Assembly (NCBI GenBank): GCA_050575255.1
Contig: JBNZDD010013687.1
Span: 1,276,751-1,340,750 of the forward strand
Reading direction: 5' to 3'
From: Harriotta raleighana
Taxonomy: Eukaryota
Length of the DNA stretch: 64,000 bases
Part shown: positions 1 to 11,540 of the stretch, piece by piece
Position numbering within the stretch: position 1 is the stretch's first letter
How the letters are laid out: the number at the start of each line of letters is the position of its first letter
Translations under genes and position numbers: made by a program
Notes under the pieces: generated by a model
The model's database searches: none
The model's input: the letters and a program-made list of their open reading frames with translations, nothing else
Told to the model about the DNA's origin: nothing

Positions 1-104
1 ATTGCTGTGTACAAACTGGCTGCACATACATATACAGTTACTACATTTTACAATATTTACTTTGAACTATTGTGAGGTGCTGTATCAAATAGGATTATTC
101 TTAT
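1..104 (+). mobile_element. Degenerate SINE 3' tail fragment
   Basis: gctgtgtacaaactggctgc...tacagttactaca...gtgctgtatcaaataggattatt matches the tail of the full-length SINE copies at 16039 and 26972. Confidence 0.6.
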
Positions 105-417
105 GATCTTAAAAGGGAAAACAAATTGGTCTGAGTCCACCGAATAAGGAAGGGGAAAAATATTAGGCTGGACTATCATTCTAATCCCAACCTAATGATC
201 CCTTGCTATGCAAAGAGATGTTCAAACTTGGTCATGTTGCTCACCATCATGATAAAGAGCCTGCTAATACTTCCAAGCTAAGAGTTCACATGATGAATGA
301 TTGTATTGATGAGGTTCCTGGGTAGTGAATCCAAAAATGGGGTTGACTGAGGAAGAGAAATAAATGTAGCAGCAAAATACACAGTGGATGTTGTCAGTTT
401 TAAAATGTTATCTTCTG

Positions 418-593
418 ATAATAATAATAATCCTTGCATTTGATATGGCGTTTTTCATGCCTTTTAGGACATCTCAAAGCACTTCACAGAATATACTGTA
501 AAGTGAGTTGACTGTATATATGTAGGCAAAATGCAGCAGCCAATTGCACACAGCAGTGTCCCACAAAGAGTCATGGATTTAAATGGCCAAATT
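418..593 (-). mobile_element. tRNA-derived SINE, 3' half (5'-truncated)
   Basis: Starts (AAT)n ccttgcatttgatatggcg and runs to cagcagtgtcccacaaa; it is the reverse complement of the 3' half of the 16039-16356 copy. Confidence 0.85.
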
Positions 594-1217
594 ATTAATT
601 AAACAGCCATGAGGCAAGTGAGCAACTTATCCAATGATTGTTGTGCTCTGTGTCAATCTCTGGCTGAAGGAGAGGGGGGTGGTTGGGGGAGAAACTTTCA
701 CCTTGTCTACTACCCATTGTACTCGATTCCCTACACAAAATCTGTGACCAACAATGCTCAAAGTCATCAAAATCAGCTGCTTGTGTTACAATTGATTGCT
801 GGACATTCAGAGTATAGTACATGGAAACTCCCAATTCACAATCAACAGGGAAATCAGAAGGGGGGAGCGGGGAGGGGGGGAAGGAGGAGAGATAAAACGA
901 TTGAGGCAGAGGGAGATAGAGAATGACACCTTTTCTGCATTGCCCACTTATTTTTATATTGAGCAGCAGAACATGCAACTGGTTAGTGATCTCAACAGGG
1001 CCATGGAGAAAAGTCAGGTCCTGCAGTAATGATCTCATTCAGTAATAGAAGTAGCTATGGAAATCACTGTCTTTATACATCTATGTATCATAGGATCTGT
1101 GTTGCACGGCCTGAACATTGTGAAAAGTTGCCTTCTAGCTTCTCTACAAATACATAGTCACTCCACTGTACGATAAATCATGTGAAGCACTTTGAGATGT
1201 CCTCAAAATATGAAAGT

Positions 1218-1278
1218 CAACAACAAATTTATATTTATATTGCGCCTTTCACATCGCGGGGATATCCCAAGGCGCTTG
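1218..1278 (-). mobile_element. L2 LINE 3' terminal stem-loop fragment
   Basis: caacaacaaatttatatttatattgcgcctttcacatc...tcccaaggcgct is the reverse complement of the L2 tail seen at 8075-8147. Confidence 0.7.
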
Positions 1279-1380
1279 ATAAATGAGAGATTGCAGCCGA
1301 GCAAGGCATTAGATTCAACAGGGATAGGAAGATTTATAGATACAATGTATAATAATGGTAATAATTATTATTAATTACAT

Positions 1381-1511
1381 CTAGCCCTGGCTGAGGCTTT
1401 TGTCTTCACTGGATCAGAGCACTAAAGTTTGTAGTGCCTCCATTTCTACTCCACTGAGCTCAGTGAGCTCACCACAGACGCGGAATCAAATTTGGGATTG
1501 TCCTGGTCTGT
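1381..1511 (-). mobile_element. Old tRNA-headed SINE fragment (second, more ancient family)
   Basis: The reverse complement has a B-box-like head (accaggacaatcccaaatttgattccgcgtctgtggtgagctcactgagctcag) and a body resembling the plus-strand relic at 31150-31340. Family assignment is from memory only. Confidence 0.45.
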
Positions 1512-1619
1512 AATTTGCATTTAATTATGGACTCGATGGCAATACATCACACATCAGAAGATGATAAACCAGCCTTAATCTCTCGTTTTCAAGTGGCTAT
1601 ATTTCCAAGCCACATTACA

Positions 1620-2282
1620 GCTTGCATTTTTAAAGCACTTTATACTTGAAAACATCGCAAAACTCTTTAGAACAATCAAGTAAAGTGACAATTTCTTGCT
1701 TGCAACATTGAAGCAAACAAAGAAGTCATTTTGCACACAATACAATGCCACAAACAATCATGAAGTGAAAAACTGGTCCATCCAGAAGTTTGTTGGTCAG
1801 CAGACCAGGAGAAACTACTTGTCTTTGAGAATACTATCATAGGATCTTTAACATCTTTCTGAGGACATATAGATAGATCACAAGAGAGGTTTAGGTAAAG
1901 AAGGCCCATTTGATTTTATCCTTCCAGAATACCCACCTTACTGTTCTCAGTTCACTGTTAAGCTATTTTCAATAGGATACAAGTACCTCCAATTCTGACT
2001 GGAATAATTTATAGGTTGATCATTACAATAATTCCTGTAATATGTGGGCATAGCATTGGAATTTGGTGAATAAGACTCGGGCGCAGTGTTCTGGCCTTAA
2101 CCACCCTTCCTAGTAAGAAATCTCAGTTTAATGTCTCATCCAAAGATTGATGCCTCTGACAATGCAGCTTTCCTTACACTGTACCAGAATTTCAGCCTAG
2201 ACAATGAGCTCACCTTCTGCCATGGAGCTTTAGCTCTGAACCTCTGGTGCAGAGGTGAGAGTGATACCAAGTGAGTCAGAGA
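1620..2282 (-). mobile_element. Deu-domain SINE (SacSINE1/AmnSINE1-like), near full length, interrupted by a CR1 3' end
   Basis: Tail at 1620-1770, Deu core (ccaggagaaact...gaatactatcataggatctttaacat) at ~1805-1865, resuming at ~2121 (ctcagtttaatgtctcatccaaag...tctgacaatgcagc...cagcctaga...cagaggtgagagtgatacc). It aligns by eye to the copies at 13526, 35046 and 53425. Confidence 0.7.
1866..2118 (-). mobile_element. CR1-type LINE 3' end nested in the Deu-SINE
   Basis: ggcccatttgattttatccttccagaataccc and tggccttaaccacccttcct resemble the 3' end of the CR1 copy at 33065-33415 (gtccatttgatcacacccttccagaacaccc; tggtcttaaccaaccttcct). Confidence 0.55.
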
Positions 2283-2301
2283 GAATCACTTTAAGAGAGT
2301 A

Positions 2302-2467
2302 AAAACATAAGAAATAGGAACAGGCGTAGGCCATTCAGCCCCTATAGATAAGATCGCCTCTAATTCTTTCATATTCTAGAGAATATAGGTCTAGGTTACT
2401 CAACCTCTCCTTGTAGGTCAACCCCCTCATCCCGGGAACCAACCTAGTGAATCTACGCTGCAGCACC
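2302..2467 (-). mobile_element. CR1 LINE 3' end with internal deletion
   Basis: aacataagaaataggaacaggcgtaggccattcagcccc is a typical chondrichthyan CR1 terminus. It is followed by reverse-strand ORF2 C-terminal sequence (QRRFTRLVPGMRGLTYKERL-like). Confidence 0.75.
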
Positions 2468-4954
2468 ACTGAGAAATGTTTATGTGATAAAGCATTATAT
2501 CAAATGCCACTATAATTATTATAAATATATGGAGAAAATTAATTAAATGACGTGCTCTGTTGCAAAAGGATTGAATTCACCTGGCACTAACAACAACAAC
2601 AACAACAACAAAATTATACTTGTACCTGCATAGTGCCTTTCACATCAGGATAATGTGATTCCAACAGATGCCAATATGTAGGAGTGAATAGGCATTAAAG
2701 TCGAGTAGGAATTTTCCCTCAAAAAAACATGAATCGCAAATCAATGATAAATGCTGGAATGCACTTTAAATCACATATTCACATGCTGTGACCAAGTAAA
2801 GTTGTCCCAGATTAAGCACAATACTTTTTTTTTTGATTATTAGATTCTTGTGATTTGTCAATCTATTTGTTTTCTTCCCCTCTCTTCTGATGTTCTCCAT
2901 TCAGACTAAAACAAACCAGGCCTAAACGACAGCAGAGTGACTCATTCCCAGGCATCTTCTATGCAGGGAGGAGGACTGAATTAATACTCTTCTGTCTGTG
3001 CCCTCTCTATGTGGGGAACATTTGGATGCATATGCATTTGCTGCCATGCACAAGATTCAAAACTATGGGATCAGAAGCACAAAATAGGAACAGGAGCAAA
3101 TAGGAAATACAAGAGGGTTTATTTTTGTGAAAAAATTAAAGGCATATTAGGAGAAGCAAACACCAACAGAGAACTAGAGATCTTTACAGATATCAAACCG
3201 AATAGAGTTAATGGTTGATTAGATTAATGAATGTGTATTAAATATTTGGGAATGGATAGGATTGGAAACAGACAGGCAAATGGTCCACTTCTGTTTGAAA
3301 TATTTACTGTACTATGTTACAAAGATTTAAAAAAACTCAGCCACTAACTTTTCTTTATACAAAAAGTATATCTTTGGTCTAGAATTGATATAATGTATAG
3401 TTTGTGCTTTGACTTCTCATTCTTAAGGGGAAACTCTAGTTTCAGGTGCTCTGAACACAATTCAGAGAAGACAACTTAAAGAGGACAGGCTTCCATCAAA
3501 TTGTCTCCCAACACTGCTGGAAATTAATTGCAGTTAACTGCTGTGTGCATCAAACCCATATGCTAACATTGTAACTTTAATTTTACAATGTCAAATCCTA
3601 AAGTATAACTGACCCAATACTGAGGATTCTCACTGTGTGCAATTCTGGTTTAGGGTGAATATGTACACCAAACATCTAGATAAATTAATCTTTGCTTTGC
3701 TGATGAGAAACATTATTTTATGCACCAAGGTTACCCAGATTTTCCGGTATAAATATTTGAAATATTGAAACTAATTAGTGTATTTAGAGCAAAATATCTG
3801 ATGAATTTCCCTTTCATTTTTGAATTAAGCTCCTTCATTTATGAATGTGTATTGCTAGGAAATTTATGAATGATGAACTATAAATTTATTCAAATTCTGT
3901 CAATGTCTTTTGCTTAAATTCACTTTGTTTATGGTTGTTTGTTTAAGCAAACTGTTTCTGAACTGATCAGCCGGGTCCTTGTGTGTAGGAATGCATGTGT
4001 ACATCCTACATGAACTGTCTGAAACCTAAGCCTTGTACGAAATTGTTTAGTTGCAATGTACTAGCTCACACAAGAATAATCGAGCCACATACTTGCTATT
4101 TCACTCATTTTCTGTTATAACTATTATAATATTCAAATGAGAAGTGCAAATACTACTGGTAAAATATGAAAATGAAACCACGAATATCCACAGAATAGTA
4201 ACAGGCCTTTCTTAGTATTTGGCTACAGGTAAACTATATGAGTTATGTTTTGAAATTAGTTGATACTTTAGTCTAGAATTAAAATACCAAATGTGTTTTT
4301 TCTCCTATTCCTTCAGCTGAGTGTCCATACTTTAATGCCTCAAGCAATGCAAATATGGCAACGATACTGCAGACCATTTGACATTGTACAATATATGAGT
4401 CTTGTGTTGTTTTGGGCTATTACTACACATTCTGAATATGTTAAAGTTATGGCAGACATCCAAAACAGGAAAGCAAAGGCTTGTTCGGAGTTTCAATTTG
4501 CCTGTGCCAACAGCAAAAGAAAAAAAAATCCAAGAGTTCCAGTAAAAACAAAGATATTCAAAACTTCATTGGCTAGTAAATGAAATGCTGCCAAATGCTT
4601 TGATGATTTCCACTGGATAACACACATTCTGTTTTGGCATTTTATTTCAACTTTGAGATGTTAAATAATAGAAAAATTTATACACAAGTGCCATTCATGA
4701 AAGGAGGAGATCCCCAAGTACTTGACATTGCTGGCTGGACACTCGAGCTGTGGTGGGAGCTGAGGGGAATAGAGAGAGGAAAGATGACCGAATCCCCAAA
4801 AAACTTCAAACTATGTCAATGAAAATAACTGCTGAAATGTGCTATAACTTAAAAGAAACAAGGACACATTTTCATAAGTAAAAGGGGGAAGAATACTTAT
4901 TTTCATTCCTAAATATGTCAAGACTTGCATTTCAGAGAACCTATGTTGTATACC

Positions 4955-5560
4955 ATCTCCCATTCCCCCCACAACCCCTGACCTTTCCCCCTCCTTTTCT
5001 TCTTCTTCCCTCCCTCTTCCCTCTTATCCCCCTCTTCCCTCTTACCCCCATTTCTACCTGATTTGGCCTCCCACCCACCTCTTCCCCCTTGCCCCCCTTT
5101 CTCCCCCCTTTTCCTCTCTTATTTTATTCCACCCCACCTTTCCCTCCATCTCCCCCCTTACCCTCTTTTCCCCCTTTCTCCCCCGGCGCCACTTCCGTGA
5201 CTGTTTGTAGTACACAGCTGTGCGCAATTTGGCTGCCGTGTTTTGCCCACAAATATACAGTTGTTTTTTCCTATTCTCCTTCCCCCTACCCTGACCCCTT
5301 CCCTTGCCATCTTTTCCCCCTTTCACCCCCTAACCCCAATTCCATGACTGTTTGTGGGACACTGCTGTGCGCAATTTGGCTGCCACGTTTCACCCACAAA
5401 TATACAGTCAACTTTTTCCTACTTTCCTTCCCCGGCCCCTACCCCACCTCCTCCCCGCCCCCCGTTCTGATCCCTACTTGACTGTACAGCACCTTGGGAC
5501 ATCCTCCCGACATGAAAGGTGCTAGATAAATATAATTTGGATTGATTGATTGATTGATTT
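4955..5560 (+). repeat. Composite repeat: C/T-rich tracts alternating with two SINE core fragments, ending in an L2 tail and (ATTG)n
   Basis: Polypyrimidine ~4955-5185, SINE core ~5195-5262, C/T tract, SINE core ~5340-5412, C-rich tract, L2 tail ~5482-5540, then attgattgattgattgatt. Confidence 0.75.
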
Positions 5561-6202
5561 TGATAAGCTGTCAGCAAAAAATCTGTACCAATGAACATTT
5601 CAGTGATGCTTTTTCTTAAGACATCCTGGCTCAGAAAGATTAAACATGTCTTTATGTGTATTGGACAACTGCACAAAAGCATCTGGCCAAGTCTGTCAAC
5701 AGTAAACAGATCTAAGAGACAGTGAATGTTCTAGACATTCCAGATATGATTGAACACAATGTCATGTTTCCATGGTCATTTGGACTTTGAGAGCCAGTTA
5801 AATAACTGGTTAAGTGAATGGGTGGAAACTCTGGCATATTAGCAAACCTTGGAAAGGAGTGAAAACCAAAAAATTCAAGATTTTTTTTTGTTTTATGACC
5901 ACTGCAGGTTGCATTTAAAAGTGTCCAAAAATAACATCTAAAATGTTCTTCAGTCCAAGTACAGTACTTCTAATGTTTTAAAAAATTACAATATAATAAG
6001 TGGAAAACAAAGCAATAAATTATGACTATTTGTGCAAATACTGTATATTTCAAAGCCATTAACAGTGATAACATTTACAGAACAATAATACTTTATGACA
6101 ATAGTTAATTGTAAAAACTTGTGACTCTTAGACAATATTGTCATGTGTAACAACAACAAATTACATTTTGTATCTCCCAAAGTGAAAAGGTTTTGTTACA
6201 TT

Positions 6203-6338
6203 GATAATAATAATCCTTGCATTTGATATAGGGCTTTTCATGTCTTCTAGACGTTGCAAAGTGCTTCACGCAGCAGCCAATTGCACACAGCAGTGTCCCA
6301 CAAACAGTTGTGGATTGAAGTGACCAATTTATTATTAC
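6203..6338 (-). mobile_element. SINE 3' half with internal deletion
   Basis: Same tail as 418-593, but gtgcttcac is joined directly to gcagcagccaattg, so the central segment is missing. Confidence 0.8.
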
Positions 6339-7520
6339 TCCTTTCACAACATGCCACAGCGCTTGACGTGGTCGGCTGGGGATAAAATGCCTTGAGACTT
6401 CTTTTGCAGATAGAATTACATCTCTGTGCAGACAGACTGATACCGAACAACCCAATATTGCAGTCTGAACCTGCCGTTTCTACAGCTGGTTGTTAACAAC
6501 CTGAATTATTAGAACATGGAATCCTTTCCCACAAGTGGCTATTGAAGCTAAGCCAACAGCAATATTTATAAAGGAAGTGAGTAAGTCTCGAAGAGAAACA
6601 ATAAGAACAGTGAAGGAACACGGAATTGGGATTAGAGAGGTTAGCTCCAATGGGGAAGGTAGAATAGCATGGACTCAGTGTCCGAATCGCCTTATTCTGT
6701 GCTTTCCTTTTGGTGATTGGAGATGATCAGACAATTGTTGCTGAAATTACTCATTTTAGTCTGCCTCTTAGTTTCAATGTAATGTAATTCAACATTTTGA
6801 CCTCGTCAAACCCAAGGGACAATAGACCAAGCTAATATTTGGGCCCTTGATTTTTTGCAAAATCATGTTTTCCTAGGAAATGCTGGCTCTGAAGTGCAAG
6901 TTCTCTCTTGCATACGCCTGCTCAAACCTTTAAACTTCATCTAAGTATACAGAAGGAATAGACAACAACAACTTGTATTGATAAGGCATGTTCATGCAGG
7001 GTATTGTCTCAGAGCACTTGGATAGAACAGCAAGAAAGGTTGAAAGGAAAGCCACCAGAGGGTGAGAGAAAGCAGCATTTTAAAATATTTCATTTTTATT
7101 TAACATTGTAAAGCTAGTAGTAAAGCTGCTCCCGCAAACTTTGTTACGGAAGTATTGGCATCTGCTTCGACTTCATGTTGTGTGATTGAAAATATCTGGG
7201 GTTGGAACTCCCCAGTCCACTCAGATGGTTATGATTCTTTGCCTCAAGGACAGGACTTTGTTTCAAACTCATAGAACTTAAGCACTAATAATTAATTAGC
7301 GAAGCATTTTAAAACATTTCTGCCGGATGGCATTGTGATACCATTGGCTTCCTTTGGAAGGATCGCGGTCCGAGTACCAAAGATTTTCTGGAAGTTCCAC
7401 AACTGAATTTTTGTCTTTATTTAAAAGCTAAAAATGTACACAAATGTGTTGCTAAAAGCCTACCGACAATGCCTAGAACCTGAACCTGACTCATATTTCA
7501 AACACTTAAGCATTCAAACA

Positions 7521-7763
7521 CTTTGGAATCCCCATCCCGCAGTCCCTCGGCCTTGCTTCCTCCCTTTCCTCCTTCAAGGCCGGTCTCAAGACCTTCCTCT
7601 TCGACCGCGCCTTCGGTTCCCCCCCACCCTAACACTTCTCACTCTCCTTCCCCCTCCCCCTACCCCCGATCACCCCCATGCTCGGGTCCCGACCTGACTG
7701 TTCAGCGCTTTGGGACGTCCTCCCGACGTGAAAGGCACTTTCCAAGTGTAATTTTGTTGTTTG
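7521..7763 (+). mobile_element. L2 LINE 3' end
   Basis: ORF2 end (LWN.....[15 protein letters not shown]), C-rich 3' UTR, stem-loop agcgctttgggacgtcctcccgacgtgaaaggcact, and a ttgttg tail. Confidence 0.9.
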
Positions 7764-7903
7764 AATCATAAATGATTAAGAAATCTTTGAGAAATTCAAA
7801 CTGATTATTCTTGATATATTTACGAAATCAAGGGAAATACATGCTGTTTATGCTTTCACAGATTTACAATCTACTCTTCAATAATGAATGGTATTGCTTT
7901 GAG

Positions 7904-8147
7904 CCCCCTGTGCCTTCGCCTCGCTTCTTCCCTTTCCTCTTTCAAGGCCGGTCTCAAGACCTTTCTCTTCGACCGTGCCTTCAACTCCCCTCTCGAGTCT
8001 CTACCCCCTCCTTGCTCCCACCCTTCCCCTCCCTCGCCCTGAACATTTTCCCTTGCTCGGGTCCTGAACCAATCTGTCCAGCGCCTTGGGACGTCCTCCT
8101 GACGTGAAACGCGCTCTATAAGTGTAATTTTGTTGTTGTTGTTGTTT
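7904..8147 (+). mobile_element. L2 LINE 3' end (young subfamily)
   Basis: Closely matches 56268-56511 and ends gacgtgaaacgcgctctataagtgtaattt(tgt)n. Confidence 0.92.
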
Positions 8148-9789
8148 GATGCATTTGCCAGATCAAAAAGCACTTCTCTGTCTTGTACAAAGTCACTCGA
8201 GGGTACAGGAATCTGGTCCCAATGCAGAAAAGTCCCACAGACATCCGGAAATGACCCTAGCAATGAGAGTTTCGAAGCAGCCAGAGTAGAGACAATGTCT
8301 TTATACAACTTCTGCAACTCTGGCACGTCCCAGTGACACAAAGGTTGGGGGAGGGGGTACTTAACAGCTGAACAACAAATGTAGCTATTTAGCTAAGCCT
8401 TTTCACATCGGAAGATCATTTGCATCCAAAACACACCTCGGATTCCAAAGTAACAGTTGCTACACCTCATTGATTCTTTATTGTGATTACTCTTTTGGAC
8501 AGAATAGAATGATGCAATGATGAAACTGAATACTTTGTAAGGTTAGTTGAGACAGTGAATCTTTATGTGTGTCAGATAACATGTACCACGAGACTACTCT
8601 GTGGTCAGAGTGGTGCGGAAGAGAAGCTGATCTCCATACTGAATAGTGTCTTTGTTCTTTGCGCTACAGCAGTTACATTTCGCAGGCCTGCCTATACAGC
8701 AGTGGTCATATGAGAACGGAATCAGAATGAATCTCTCGTCTGAATGCTGCTTCTCTAACAGCATGTTTTAGGAGACATTCAGAACAATAGTGGCAGCTAG
8801 AAAATGACCTTTAATATGTACAACGACAAGCCTGTCTGTGTTAATCAGGGCTGCAGTTTTGTTATGCAATGAATGTCTGTGATATGATATCTCCTTGACA
8901 ACATTCTTTAAAAAAAAATGTAATATATACTTATGACTAAAGACAAACATTATGTACCAAAGAAAATGAATTTAGATCTCCCAACTACACCTAGAACAAA
9001 TATTTTGTGCCCACATGCCATATTGTAGTTTTAACTTTTGCTACCAGTTATAAAAGCCATGTTATTTTCCCTGTGATTGTTTAGAATCTTATTTTCTTAT
9101 GGTAAGGCAAATGGTAAACCAGAAACATAACAGGACTCTGAGGTGCCACACTGACTCGTGTGAAAGTTAACCATACAACGCAGAAGGCACATTCATAATA
9201 CTGTATAAAAGTAGCCAAGTTATATTCCATCCATTAAATGCTTGCCTTCAAAGATAGCTGCAGTAATTGACAATAATTATTATACTGTAGGCATTTTTGA
9301 GATATTCAAAAGTTGACAATGCTATAAAAATGCTAATTCTTTTTTAACTGTGCTAGCAATCAACTCAAGCAAATGCCCTGTCAAGTTCTCTTGTGTAAAA
9401 TCTTGGCTACTTCTTCTGATTCCACTGCTCTTCCTAGTTTGGAAAATGTTACTTCCTTGCACTGACAGAAAATCCAGATCCTACGTGTGTGTATTCCAGA
9501 AACAGAGGAGACACGAGCACTGGCCCAGAGGCACCATATATACCTTCTGTTTCCTTTATTTCAGGCCGGAGCCCAATTATTGCACATCTCCACCTGCTGG
9601 TCAGGGAAATGGGGTCTTATCAGGAAGGTACAAAGCGGCTGCTGAATCAGTCAAAGTCTGAGAAGCTTCTGCCAATGCAGATTTTATGTGGAGGAATTAA
9701 ACTAATTTTCGTTCAAGACTAACTTAGAAGGTTCAAATAAAAAAGTTTCTATTGCACATTCATAGTGAAGTAGTATTAGTTGAAATAAT

Positions 9790-9995
9790 AATCAATTTTC
9801 CTGTTTTTGTAATAGCACCCTATGTTGAATTTCTCAAAGTGCTTCACATGGTTTTCCGTAAAGTGCAGTTTACAATGGATTTACAGTATATTTTGTGCAA
9901 GCCAATACACTAGCCAATTTTCACGCACCAATGTCCCTCAAACAGCCACGCAGTGAATGATCAATTTATCTAAGGATTCTTGGCAGGACACCTGG
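9790..9995 (-). mobile_element. Degenerate Deu-type SINE fragment
   Basis: tctcaaagtgcttcaca...agccaatttt...atgtccctcaaacagccacg...gaatgatcaattt...ggcaggacacctggaagaaact. Confidence 0.5.
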
Positions 9996-10349
9996 AAGAA
10001 ACTATCTTCTTATATTATATTACTAGTACTGAAAGCAATGAAAGCAATGTACATTAGAGTAGTCTCAGTTTTTAAAAATTCTATTAAATACCACTTATCA
10101 TATATAAAATATTTATCTTATTAATATAAACATTCATTAGATGATCAATGGTACAGTTGGACCGTAATTTACAATCACTATGTAAGAGCTGAATATTAAG
10201 TACTGTACTATAGGGAGAATCAAATTACCAACAACAATGTGACTGCACTGATCAATTAACACAATCACCTTAAATTCTGGCAATCTAAGTTATTATTGTA
10301 GTCCTCGTCTCTTCCACAAATTTCCATATTATGTGTTTTATGCTGAAGT

Positions 10350-10418
10350 CCCAGCACCTTGGGACGTCCACCCTACATGAAAGGTGCTATGCAAATGTAT
10401 TTTGTTGATGTTGTTGAT
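10350..10418 (+). mobile_element. L2 3' terminal fragment
   Basis: ccagcaccttgggacgtcc...catgaaaggtgctatgcaaatgtattttgttg. Confidence 0.7.
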
Positions 10419-10976
10419 GTGCATGTGATCGCATCAAAGATGGTAAATGCAGAACTATATGTCATTGTGCAACTAAGGAATGGAGACTAAATAGAGACCA
10501 AATGCTTCCGTCAGAAGTCACATTCTCACACTATTGTGAAGTAAAGTGTATATTGCAATTTCTTAATTGACATTATTCGCTCTTAGAAAAAAGCATTTAC
10601 TTTAGTTTAACAGTAAAACCTGTTCCATTTATTCAAAGCCCTGATTGCTAAAATAACTGAAACATTGAATTTCACCATTAGTAGTGTAGATTTAAGAAAG
10701 AAAGAATTTGCATTTTCATTACATCTTGTAATATTGAAATATATCAAAGTGTTTCACAAGCAATAACACTCAACCACAATAACTATTTTTTGTATGCAGC
10801 AATCAGCATAATTCCACAGAGAGTTTGGAAGTGAACACTTATACCAGTATTGTTCACCAAGAACTCCCAAATCTTTTCAGTAGGTAACATCCTCTCCTAC
10901 TTTCAAAAGACTGTTCACTCACATCTTTGAGACTACTCCTGACTAGAAACCACTTCCTTTAGAGTATATTTTTATG

Positions 10977-11540
10977 AACAACAACAAAATAAATTTTTTT
11001 GAATCCCAAAGTGCTGAACAATCAGACCCAAGACCCGAGCAGAGGGGTGTTCGGAGTAGGAGGAAGGGGAAGGAGAGTAGGAGAGGGGGGAAGAGTTAGA
11101 AGGAGAACAGAAGGCACGGTTGAAGAGGAAGATCTTGAGACCAGCCTTGAAAGAGGAAAGGGAGGTGAGGCAAAGGGATTGCGGGATGAGGGTTCCACAG
11201 CGTGGGAGCAGAGAGGCTGAATGCCCAGCTACCGATGGTAAGGCGGTTAGGGCGGTGGTCGCAAAGCAGGTCTGAGTCTGCTGAACGGAGGAGACGGGCA
11301 GGCTGATAGGGAATCAGCAGGTCAGAGAAATAGACAGCGGCAAGACTGTGAATGGCCTTGAAGGTAAGGATGAGGATCTTGAATTCGATCCTCTGGGGGA
11401 TGGGGAGCCAGTGGAGATGGGCGAGGGTGGGAGTGATATGGTTGCGGAGTCTGGTACATGGGCTGCAGAGTTCTGGATAATCTGCAGCTTGTGAAGGGAG
11501 GAGCTGGGAAGGCTGATGAGGAGAGAGTTCCCGTAATGAA
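10977..11540 (-). mobile_element. L2 LINE 3' fragment (ORF2 C-terminus plus 3' UTR) with deletions
   Basis: The minus ORF 11314-11574 contains YGNSLLISLPSSSLHKLQIIQNSAAHV, homologous to the 55863 copy. It has a G-rich UTR complement and an (AAC)n end, and part of the terminal stem-loop is deleted. Confidence 0.9.

Noticed and set aside
5054-5481. Pro-rich and Gly/Arg-rich ORFs (also 595-1038, 24083-24493, 37938-38303)
   Set aside because: They are translations of low-complexity purine/pyrimidine tracts and repeat fragments.
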